Below, piece after piece: positions 55,650 to 64,000 of a DNA stretch of 64,000 nt. Position numbers and translations under genes: made by a program. Where the stretch lies: NCBI GenBank assembly GCA_963823665.1, contig CAWGMQ010000003.1, forward strand, positions 992,001-1,056,000, read 5' to 3'. The notes under the pieces were generated by a model, which worked only from the letters and a program-made list of their open reading frames with translations, was not told where the DNA came from and did not search any database. Numbering within the stretch: the stretch's first letter is position 1; the number at the start of each line of letters is the position of its first letter. This DNA comes from an uncultured Planctomycetota bacterium. GTDB lineage: Bacteria > Planctomycetota > Planctomycetia > Isosphaerales > Isosphaeraceae.

Positions 55650-57824
55650 CGTTCGTGGTGGCTTCGCCCCACCCGGCAGAGCGACAACCTTGTCATCCGT
55701 CGGCCGAACCCCACGCTCGGGCTGCGCGCCCAACCACATTCGGTATCGCAGTCGAAAGCGGTCGGTACCGCGATCCTTCGGGAAAATCTGGACGATTCCG
55801 CGTCCCCCCTCTCGCGTCGTGAACAGGAACGTCAGCAGCTCGTCGTCCCTGGCCTGCGTTCGTTCTTGCTCGAAATTTCCCATTGAGCGGGCGACTTCCT
55901 GTCCAAGCTGAAGCGGAGTGTCTTTCTGGATTTCGGTCGCAAGCGTATTCCACCGACTCGCGTCAACTTGCCAGAGTCGCAGGTCGATATCGTCGAGCCG
56001 ACCCTGGCAATGGATGTCGATGCCGCTCTGCAAGTACCACGCGGTGATTCGCGGTCCCCATCCGGTCGGCGGGCCCCAATCCGCGATCCTCGCGCCCTCG
56101 TACTGACTGAAAACCCGTCCGGTGTCGAAATCCAGATACGATTTCCCGTTCCAGTACACCGACTCAGTCAGCCGCAGCCTTCGCACGGGACCGAGCCGGA
56201 CGGCTGGACCCGTGGGGAAGATCGCGCCATATCGAGCAAGGCCGGCCCGTTCAATGAGATCCCCATCGCGCTTCGGCAGATCGACCGATTGCAATTCCTC
56301 CTGAGTGACGAATTCCTGCCAGTTTTTCGACCACCAAACTTGCCAGAGTTTCTGCCGTTCCGCAAACGAAGCGCGCTGCTGGGCTTGCTCGTCGGGCGTG
56401 CCGCCCAGAAAGACATGACGCAGAGGGTCACGATCTCCCACGCCCGGAGGTTCGCTGTGGTTCGTAAGCCGCTCGAGAGCACTGAGAATCTCGTTGACGG
56501 GGCGACCGCACGCGACGAAGGTTACCTCCGGCCTTTTATCTGGGTAATTCTGATGTGCTAGCATGAACTTAAACAGATCAGCGTCGGCGATGTTGATGCC
56601 GCAGTCCGAGCCAGCCGGCCGCAGTGCCTTCGGGATCGCCCTGATCAGCGCCGGAACAGCCCGTCGATCCCCGATAGCGCGAAGAGAGAACGCCAGCGAT
56701 CTGATCGTGGCATCGCGATCGGTGCGGTCGAGCTCGGCGATCAATTCGGGCACTGCGTCTCTCCCGATCGCCGCCAGCTCTCGAATCGTTCGCGCCCACT
56801 CCTCGTCGCGATTGAACACTTTGTAAGATCGGAAGAAATAAATCAGCTCGCGGACTCGTCGCGTTTTTTCGTCCGCGGACCTCGCCGCCTGATCGCTGCC
56901 GGGACGCGCGGTTGCCCCCGGCGGATCTTGCGCTCGCGCACCGGACTGGATCGCGAAGCCCGTCGTAGTCACCACCCCGCCGAGAAGCAGTCCAACCACG
57001 GCGGCGATTCGCATGCGGCTGACGAACATGGCCTTGAGGACATGGCGCGCCAAGGAAGCCGTTGTGGCCGAGCCCAGTCCCGGGACCGCGCTTCCTTGCG
57101 CGACCAGCACCGCCATCTTCACTGTGGCCGCCCCGAGCGACTCAGGCACCTCCGCCCTGCCCTTGCCCGCCGCCAGAATCGCGGCCACGCCGGCCGAGAG
57201 AGGTGCGAACCCGCGGCGGATGAGACGCTCACGCAGCCGATTGCGCCCTCGCGCCTGCCGGCTCTTCACCGTTCCGACCGGCCACCCGAGACGACCCGCA
57301 GCTTCCTCATGCGTCAGACCCTCCAGGTCGCAGAGCACCAGAGCTTTCCGCCAGCCATCCGGCAAGCGCCCCAGCTCTTCATGGATCGTGGCAATCGAGT
57401 CGTCGGCAACTGAATCATGATCGCCAACGGATCGCGACCCAATCGCCGCATACCGCCGCTCATGCGTTCGGCGCAGCATCTCCGACGCCCTGGCATGAGC
57501 CGAGACACGCAATGCCACGGCATGGAGCCAGGGACCGAGCGAGTCTCGCGCCCAGAGTGATCTCGCCTTGTGGACCAGCACGAGGAAGACCGCCTGGAAT
57601 GCGTCCCGGGCGTCGTGTTCGTCACGCAGGGCAGCACGGCAAACCCTGAGCACCATCGGTCCGTGCCGTGCGACCAGTGTGGCAAAGGCCGTTTCCGCCG
57701 TAGAATCTCCACTCGAGCGGCTCGTGAATCGCTCCAGAAGCTGACGGTCGGAGAGCTCAGCCCCGACCCCATCGCGAAAAATCGCGCGAACATCGTGTAG
57801 GATTTTATTCTGTTCGACGGCCAT
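55305..57824 (-). CDS. ECF sigma factor with TM segment and large C-terminal extension (HEAT-like region)
   Basis: SDRQLLERF, HGPMVLRVCR, DAFQAVFLVL, LEGLTHEEAA...WPVGTVKSR, hydrophobic segment, IGDRRAVPALI. Confidence 0.88.
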   Translation of the reverse strand: MAVEQNKILHDVRAIFRDGVGAELSDRQLLERFTSRSSGDSTAETAFATLVARHGPMVLRVCRAALRDEHDARDAFQAVFLVLVHKARSLWARDSLGPWLHAVALRVSAHARASEMLRRTHERRYAAIGSRSVGDHDSVADDSIATIHEELGRLPDGWRKALVLCDLEGLTHEEAAGRLGWPVGTVKSRQARGRNRLRERLIRRGFAPLSAGVAAILAAGKGRAEVPESLGAATVKMAVLVAQGSAVPGLGSATTASLARHVLKAMFVSRMRIAAVVGLLLGGVVTTTGFAIQSGARAQDPPGATARPGSDQAARSADEKTRRVRELIYFFRSYKVFNRDEEWARTIRELAAIGRDAVPELIAELDRTDRDATIRSLAFSLRAIGDRRAVPALIRAIPKALRPAGSDCGINIADADLFKFMLAHQNYPDKRPEVTFVACGRPVNEILSALERLTNHSEPPGVGDRDPLRHVFLGGTPDEQAQQRASFAERQKLWQVWWSKNWQEFVTQEELQSVDLPKRDGDLIERAGLARYGAIFPTGPAVRLGPVRRLRLTESVYWNGKSYLDFDTGRVFSQYEGARIADWGPPTGWGPRITAWYLQSGIDIHCQGRLDDIDLRLWQVDASRWNTLATEIQKDTPLQLGQEVARSMGNFEQERTQARDDELLTFLFTTREGGRGIVQIFPKDRGTDRFRLRYRMWLGAQPERGVRPTDDKVVALPGGAKPPRTSFGETMTATIAQPEGETEQNIGQKLPFIGPGMIAARILPETFNELTARDAREILERDRDVQPDIGWIKVDARLAEKPDTFAFKTPEGLVGLLQVEASEHGAGKLSIRYRLERAD

Positions 57825-57924
57825 CAGAGTTACCCCGGCCTGGATTTGCCCAAAAAGCAAGTGTAATGCCGGGAGCCGCGTGAATGGTTCCCACTTTTTT
57901 TAGAAACTCGGACAAGAACCGCCG

Positions 57925-59580
57925 ATGCTCATCGCTTACGTCAGTGACGAACGCTATGTTGCTCTGCCCGCCGTGCTCCTCGAGCTCGAAGGCGAGGCTG
58001 CCTCGTTCGAGGCGCGCTCCCGGGCTACTGGGGCAGTGCACGTTGAGGTGCCATCCGGCAACTACAAGGTCACGATTCAGAAGCCGGGGTTCGGCGCCAA
58101 GAGCGTTCACCTTCAGATTAACGAAGGCCGCGAACCTTACCAGTTGCGCCTTCTCGCCGACGGACTGCTCGGATACGCCTGGCCGAAGTGCTTGAAAGTG
58201 GGCGAAAAGTCCGAGTTCCGGGTGCATTCGGTCGAGCCCTACCATTTGAGCCTGTGGCGATACGGCATACGAAAGCAGCTCATCCGCGAAATCGGCTGGT
58301 TTGACGAACACGGCCCCCGCGCGACCATGCAGATCACGCCCGATGGAGATTACACGCAGACTGGCGTCCAGTGGAACAAGCACGGTTACGCCAACCCGCT
58401 CTTGCATCAGTACGTAACGGCCCCCGAGCGGTCTGGATTGTATTATTTCCACGCCAGAACGAAATCGGGGAGTAAGTTTTCGTTTCCGTGGATCGTGGCA
58501 CCCTCACGACCCCGCGAGCCGGTCGCCGTGCTGGCATCGAACATCACCTGGAACGCTTACAACAACTTCGGCGGGCGGAGCAACTACATCAATCCGGACA
58601 GGCTGCCAACGAGGCCGACGGTGAACGCACGGCTCGAGCTGAAGCGGTACACGGATCCCGAGAATGTCACGTATGATACAGAGGACTACGCGCCACTTTC
58701 CTTTGATCGTCCGGAGCCGATCAACCACATCGACGCACAGACCGAGATCAACGATCCGATCGAAGGGCGGGCCGCGTGCCACATCGCACCGGCCGAGTGG
58801 CGGCTGCTGGGCTGGCTCGAGCGCGAGTACTTCGCCTACGACTATTACGCGGAGACACAGCTTCACGATGAATCGCTCGACCTTGATGCGTACAAGGTGC
58901 TGATCCTCTCGACGCACCCGGAATACTGGACGCGCACGATGTACGATCGGGTCAAGTCGTGGGTGAACGAGCGGGGCGGCCGATTGATGTATCTGGGCGG
59001 CAACGGGCTGAACTGCGAGGCCGAGCTTTCGGGGGACGTCGCGATTTATCGTAACGGCGACGCCGGCGCCCTCAAGCGCGGAGGCTTCGAGAGCCGGTTC
59101 CACATGCGGGTCGAGTCCGAGGCGGCATTACTGGGGGTGGTCTTCACTGAAACCGGGATCATGACGGGCGCTCCCTACCGGGTGCGCGACGCCACGCACT
59201 GGGCATTTGCCGGCACCGGACTCGGCTCCGGCGACCTGTTCGGCCAGGCGAGCTTGCACTGCCGATGTCCGGGCGGGGCCTCAGGGCATGAGACTGACAA
59301 GGTCTCGAAGAGTTCGCCGTCGGGCATGCTCTGCCTGGCCAAAGGCACAAACATCGACGACGGCGGCGCCGAGCTTTCCTACTACGAGACCAAGAGCGGC
59401 GGCGCGGTCTTCGCTGCGGGATCGATCGCCTGGCCCAGCGCCATTCTGGTGGACGATTGCGTGTCGCAGATCACGGCGAATGTGCTGCGGCGGTTTTTGA
59501 CCGCCGTCAGCGCTCCAGGCAACGGCAGGTCAGCCAAATCCTCGGGTAGCGGAGAAGACTTGAATGCTTCCTCAGGATAG
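57925..59580 (+). CDS. N,N-dimethylformamidase beta-subunit-like protein with N-terminal carboxypeptidase-regulatory-like domain
   Basis: SGLYYFH, TWNAYNNFGGRSNY, LSFDRP, HPEYWT, YLGGN, GHETD and VFAAGSIAW. Confidence 0.82.
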   Translation: MLIAYVSDERYVALPAVLLELEGEAASFEARSRATGAVHVEVPSGNYKVTIQKPGFGAKSVHLQINEGREPYQLRLLADGLLGYAWPKCLKVGEKSEFRVHSVEPYHLSLWRYGIRKQLIREIGWFDEHGPRATMQITPDGDYTQTGVQWNKHGYANPLLHQYVTAPERSGLYYFHARTKSGSKFSFPWIVAPSRPREPVAVLASNITWNAYNNFGGRSNYINPDRLPTRPTVNARLELKRYTDPENVTYDTEDYAPLSFDRPEPINHIDAQTEINDPIEGRAACHIAPAEWRLLGWLEREYFAYDYYAETQLHDESLDLDAYKVLILSTHPEYWTRTMYDRVKSWVNERGGRLMYLGGNGLNCEAELSGDVAIYRNGDAGALKRGGFESRFHMRVESEAALLGVVFTETGIMTGAPYRVRDATHWAFAGTGLGSGDLFGQASLHCRCPGGASGHETDKVSKSSPSGMLCLAKGTNIDDGGAELSYYETKSGGAVFAAGSIAWPSAILVDDCVSQITANVLRRFLTAVSAPGNGRSAKSSGSGEDLNASSG

Positions 59581-59595
59581 AATTCGGTTACACTG

Positions 59596-60408
59596 ATGGA
59601 CGAGTTATTTTCTTGCCGCAACTGTATCCAAAACTGTGGCCAGAGCCTGTTTATCGGGCCCGGGTCTGGGTTCTGCCTGCAGCATGAATCCGTGATCTGG
59701 GAGCCCGAGCAGACCACCTGCAAGTATCTCCATCGAAAGGATCTGCCTTTTTTTGTCGTGGAAGAAGGAACGCGAGAGCACGCCGCCGAATTTACCGGGT
59801 TTGCCGGGTTGGCTTCGCTTCATACAAAGAAACCGATTGAACCCATTCGCTATAGTGAGAAACTGCGATGGGAAAAGGGCAGCTTCGACCCAATCGTCCA
59901 TGCCCTTGCGCAGTATCACCGATTCGAACCGCGCTGGGGACTGATCTCCGCGTTCTCTGGCGGCGTGGACGGACGCCGCTCGCTTACACACAGCTCGCTC
60001 GTACGCCGGTACATGAAACATTGCGATAACTGGACAAGCTCGTACCGCCTCGTGCTCGCCCTGCTGGAAGAAATCGACATTCTGCCTCAATTCGATCATC
60101 GCTCGCTGGTTTCGCCCGATGGTGCATCAAACGGTGAAGTGGCCGAACAAGCAATCTGGGATGTTGTCCTCACACGACTGTCGGCACTCCAGGAGTACGG
60201 TTGGCATGCTGGAATCGAATCACTCATGTGGGCGACTGACGCGGTGAACGGCAGTCTCGCTGAGCTGAGCTGGCAGGGTCTGCAGCAAGAGCTTTCAACC
60301 CTCCGTGGACCGTGGGCCCAGCAAATCATCTCCAGTGCGAAGGAACATCATCAGTTCTTTCCTCCGCGTGAACCGCATGCAAGCGCGGATGACGGCTTGC
60401 CCGAATGA
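59596..60408 (+). CDS. Hypothetical protein with Cys/His-rich N-terminus
   Basis: 270-aa ORF; CRNCIQNC...FCLQH...TCKYLH. Confidence 0.7.
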   Translation: MDELFSCRNCIQNCGQSLFIGPGSGFCLQHESVIWEPEQTTCKYLHRKDLPFFVVEEGTREHAAEFTGFAGLASLHTKKPIEPIRYSEKLRWEKGSFDPIVHALAQYHRFEPRWGLISAFSGGVDGRRSLTHSSLVRRYMKHCDNWTSSYRLVLALLEEIDILPQFDHRSLVSPDGASNGEVAEQAIWDVVLTRLSALQEYGWHAGIESLMWATDAVNGSLAELSWQGLQQELSTLRGPWAQQIISSAKEHHQFFPPREPHASADDGLPE

Positions 60409-60440
60409 AGCTCGGTTGCTCACATCGAGGTTGAGATTCG

Positions 60441-61556
60441 ATGCGCATCACTCGACTCGAAGCAATCCCCGTTCGGGTTCCGCTCAAGCCCGGTATGGTC
60501 ACGAAGACCGCGCACGGCGACCATCACACTTCCGATTATGTGATTGTGAAAGTCCATACCGACCAGGGACTGATCGGGCTGGGTGAGGCTACGGTGTCGG
60601 CGCTGTGGAGTGGGGAAACGAGCAAGAGCTGCGTGGCTACGCTTGAAGACCTGATCGGGCCTGCCCTCGCTGGATCCGATCCGACGGCAATCACGACGAT
60701 CCGTAGGAAGATGGATTTCCTGATCAAGCTCAATCCGTTCACGAAAGCTGCGGTTGAGATGGCGCTCTGGGACATCGCAGGAAAAGCGCTGGGCGTGCCG
60801 GTTTATCAACTGCTGGGAGGCAAGGTACGCGAGGTGATCCCCACCAAGATGATGATCGGCGCGTTCGAGCTGCCCCGCGTTCGCTCGCTGGCCGAGCAGT
60901 TCTTGAGCTGGGGCGTGCGGTGCTTGAAGGTCAAGGTGGGGCTGGACCTCGCCGGAGATCTCGCGCGGGTGGAAGCCGTGCGAGCTGTGGCTGGCCCGAA
61001 TATTCCGATCACCGTTGACGCCAACTGCGGCTGGAACGTGACGACCGCACGGGTGGCCCTGGATCGTCTACGTGCGTTCGACCTGCTGGTCGCCGAACAG
61101 CCGATCGCGCCGGGCGATCACGAGGCGATGGCCTCGCTGCGCCATCCAGGCGGCATACCCATCATGGCCGACGAGAGTGTTTTCACTCTTGCCGATGCGT
61201 GGAACGTGCTGCGGGCGCACGCGGCCGACGTGGTCAGCATTTATCCCGGCAAGAACGGCGGAATCGCGGCCTCGATCGAGATCGCCGCGGTGGCCGCGGC
61301 CGCGGGAATTCCGTGTCACATGGGGAGCAATCTCGAGCTGGGCATCGGCTCGGCCGCGATGTTGCATCTGGCGTGTGCCGTGAAGAACATCGAGAGCGAA
61401 TCATACCCGGCCGATATTCTTGGGCCGCACTATCATGAGAGCGACCTGCTGGCGACGCCGCTCGATCTGGCCTTCGAAGGAGCGCGCGTGCCCGGCGGGC
61501 CGGGGCTTGGGGTGGTGCTGGACGAGGAGCAGGTCAAGCGATTTCGTGCATCATAG
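60441..61556 (+). CDS. Enolase superfamily enzyme (muconate cycloisomerase / dipeptide epimerase subgroup)
   Basis: GLGEA, EMALWDIAGK, LKVKVG, VDAN, EQP and MADES. Confidence 0.9.
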   Translation: MRITRLEAIPVRVPLKPGMVTKTAHGDHHTSDYVIVKVHTDQGLIGLGEATVSALWSGETSKSCVATLEDLIGPALAGSDPTAITTIRRKMDFLIKLNPFTKAAVEMALWDIAGKALGVPVYQLLGGKVREVIPTKMMIGAFELPRVRSLAEQFLSWGVRCLKVKVGLDLAGDLARVEAVRAVAGPNIPITVDANCGWNVTTARVALDRLRAFDLLVAEQPIAPGDHEAMASLRHPGGIPIMADESVFTLADAWNVLRAHAADVVSIYPGKNGGIAASIEIAAVAAAAGIPCHMGSNLELGIGSAAMLHLACAVKNIESESYPADILGPHYHESDLLATPLDLAFEGARVPGGPGLGVVLDEEQVKRFRAS

Positions 61557-61745
61557 CCGCCAGCATCCATCCTTGCGACAACAGAGTAAATACTCTCAAG
61601 TTCCACATCCGATCTGCCGACAGCCGCAATTGACCTCTTTGGCGATCGGCCGTATGATCCCCGCGCCCGTCTGCCTGGCATGGCTGCTGGCGGACGGGTT
61701 CTTGACGGATAAGGCGAGCGGAATCGACGGAACGGAGGTCGTCGT

Positions 61746-63681
61746 ATGGGCATCAGTATCGGATGGATAGCTCTCCTGTTGGGCGTAACGGGTGCCCAGC
61801 CCGCGGATAAGAACGCGGCGCAGATCACTTACACCGTCAGGATGGTCGAAGCCGAAGGCGTGGGCTGGCGCGCATCCGTGATGTCCCAGCTCAAGCCGGT
61901 GACCCGGCAGGGATCAGCGACCGTTTGGACCTTGCCAGCGAGCGCAAGCACCCTGCTCATCAAGGAATTCGACAAGAACCCGGCCGTCGCCGCGGGTACC
62001 GCTTCGCGTGTCGTTGCATTCTCCGGAGTGCCCGCGACCATCCAGGTTCGCGAGAACCGCAAATTCGTGACGAAGGTTTCCTGGAATGGCGATGAAGCCT
62101 CAGCAACAGGCACGCCCGAGGATCTGCGCGTCGGGTGGCACACCACACTCGTTGGACGAAAGCTTGACCAGGGCATTCTGGTGAAGATGGTGCTTGAAGA
62201 CACAGAGGTCCGCGCAGTGCACGAGATGCCGATCGACACACCATCCCATGCGAAGCCGGTGGACGCGGCAACGAGTGCCACAACGCATGGTCAGATCAAC
62301 GCGAAAGCAGTGGCTTCGATTTCATTTGAGGACAGCCCGTTCGAGACTCCCGTGTGCCCGATGGCCACGAAGGACGATGCTTCAGCCGGCAAGGCAAGCT
62401 GCGAACTTGACGCGAAAGCGAATGCGGACAAGAAGCAGGAGATGAAGGATCTGATGGACAAGGCCGTCACCGCCTATGCAGCCGCCAAGTACGTTGAGTG
62501 CGAGGCTCTCGCCAAGCAGGCGCTCGAGCGTCGATCCCAATGAAAAAGCAGCCACAATTCTCGTGTACAAAGCCCGGGCCGAGAAGCAATTTAAAGCGGA
62601 CCAAAAGGAGAATGGGATCGTCGAGGCGTTTCAGGAAGTTGACCGGAGTGCGATTGCTGATCCAGAGGTGCAGTTACGAGGAATCGGGGTCGGCGGTTGT
62701 ACCTTCAAGGAGTTGGCGGCCGAGCGAGCTCGCGTCAATCAATCGCTCCTCGAACTCCCCGAAATCGCCAGTCAAGAAATCCTCGGCGAGTGGCTCATTC
62801 CCAACCGCGAGTGCCTGCTGGTGAGCTTCGGGCCTCACACCGAGGCCGATAAGGACGGCAAGGCCGTGGTGAGGGAGCGATTGGCGTTCATCGAAGCCGA
62901 CGCCAAGCCCGTCGTTGTCACGACACAACGGGCGATGATGGCGCCACAGTACATTATCAATCCTGCACCTCACGTTCTCATCGCGCCGCAAGGGGCCCCA
63001 CCTGCCGTGTATCTCCCACAATCGCCGATCTTCAGTGCAGTGCCCGGATTGCCGCCTGGTGGAGCACCAGCGCTTCCGCCGGCAGCCTACGTCCCGACTC
63101 CGGTAATTCCGCTTCCACCAGGTCGATACATGCCTGACGACCTCCAGTACTTTCCACCGGGGCCGGATTCTCCGTGGGCGAACACGCAGGCAGCGGATGA
63201 GCGAGCCCGGATGCGAGCGAGGGGTGTTGAGCAGCCGCCGCCGGTTGGAAGAGCACCCGCAGCCGCAGCACCGGGGGCTCCCGACGGCGTGATGCCGATG
63301 CCCGCCGTCCCGTCACGGTCGTTCCCGGAGGGTATTCACGTCGATGGGAGCAAGGCAAAGCTCCCTCCGCTGCCCGAAGACGAGATGGATGACGACTCGG
63401 CGGAATCAGAATCGGCCGAGCCGCGACCGAGCCCGCAGACCAAGAAGCCGCGCAAGGCCAAACCGGCGGCCGACGAAAGCACGACCAAAGCCTCGTTCGT
63501 GAAGCCGAAGTCTTCCACCTTCTTCTTGCCCAGCGTGTTCCTGCCGGGGTCTTCGGTCGGCTTCCAGTTCCTGCTGCCGATCACTCCACTCTCGATCAAG
63601 CTTCCCTTCAACCAGCGTCTCGTGATCGAGATCTTCGGCCGCGTCGTTCCGGATACGCGAGCGGCAGAAACCGCAGATTGA
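61746..63681 (+). CDS. Exported hypothetical protein, possibly secretin-related (frameshift ~62529)
   Basis: Signal peptide; two ORFs join after removing 1 nt (ALE-VDPNE); Pro-rich C-terminal half with YMPDDLQYFPPGP. Confidence 0.6.
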
Positions 63682-63711
63682 AGGGCCCCTGCTCCGTTCG
63701 CCGGTAGGCTT

Positions 63712-64000
63712 TCACAGTGTGGCCGTGTAGCCGCCGTCGACGGGAATCGCGACGCCGGTGATGTAGTCGCTGCCACGGCCGGCAAGCCAGATCGCGGTGC
63801 CCGCCATGTCTGCCGGCTTGGCCCACCGGCCAAGGGCGATCCTTGCAAGCACCCGCTCGTGAAGGCCGGGGATCTGCTCTCTGGCCTTTTCGGTTAGCTC
63901 GGTGTCGAACCAGCCTGGCAGAATGGCGTTCACCTGAATATTGTCGGCCGCCCACGCCAGCGCCAGGCTCTTGGTCAACTGGACGATCCCGCCCTTGGTC
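63712..64000 (-). CDS. Short-chain dehydrogenase/reductase, 5' part outside the window
   Basis: KGGIVQLTKSLA...IQVNAILPGWFDT...YITGVAIPVDGG. Confidence 0.9.
   Translation of the reverse strand, partial: TKGGIVQLTKSLALAWAADNIQVNAILPGWFDTELTEKAREQIPGLHERVLARIALGRWAKPADMAGTAIWLAGRGSDYITGVAIPVDGGYTATL

Overview
GC-rich bacterial DNA with strong planctomycete hallmarks (DUF1559 prepilin-like genes, a Planc_extracel leader, ECF sigma/Ser-Thr kinase pairs, PEP-CTERM), most like Isosphaeraceae; the taxon is inferred. About 3.2-38 kb is a mosaic accessory region with no visible integrase or transposase. It holds two paralogous SEFIR-STAND NTPase-TPR (NLR-like) genes, each directly behind a GNAT toxin gene: one intact with an unusual AbrB/DUF1778 hybrid antitoxin, one a remnant. 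It also holds a GH95 fucosidase, a truncated-haemoglobin-ankyrin fusion, an ECF-kinase pair and a two-ATPase/TPR operon. A ~5.5 kb segment is bounded by a 316-bp direct repeat and by ~63-bp inverted repeats that match globin coding sequence. 38-47.5 kb is a type IV filament/T2SS-like operon (one GspE, three GspF, six pilin-like genes). 47.5-64 kb is mostly metabolic (ThDP enzyme, glpD, tdh-kbl, DMFase-beta-like, enolase superfamily, SDR), with a membrane-anchored ECF sigma and a possible divergent secretin. Many genes, including kbl, have 1-2 nt frameshifts that look like long-read errors. No rRNA, tRNA, CRISPR array or reverse transcriptase was seen. All family calls come from motifs read by eye; no searches were run.
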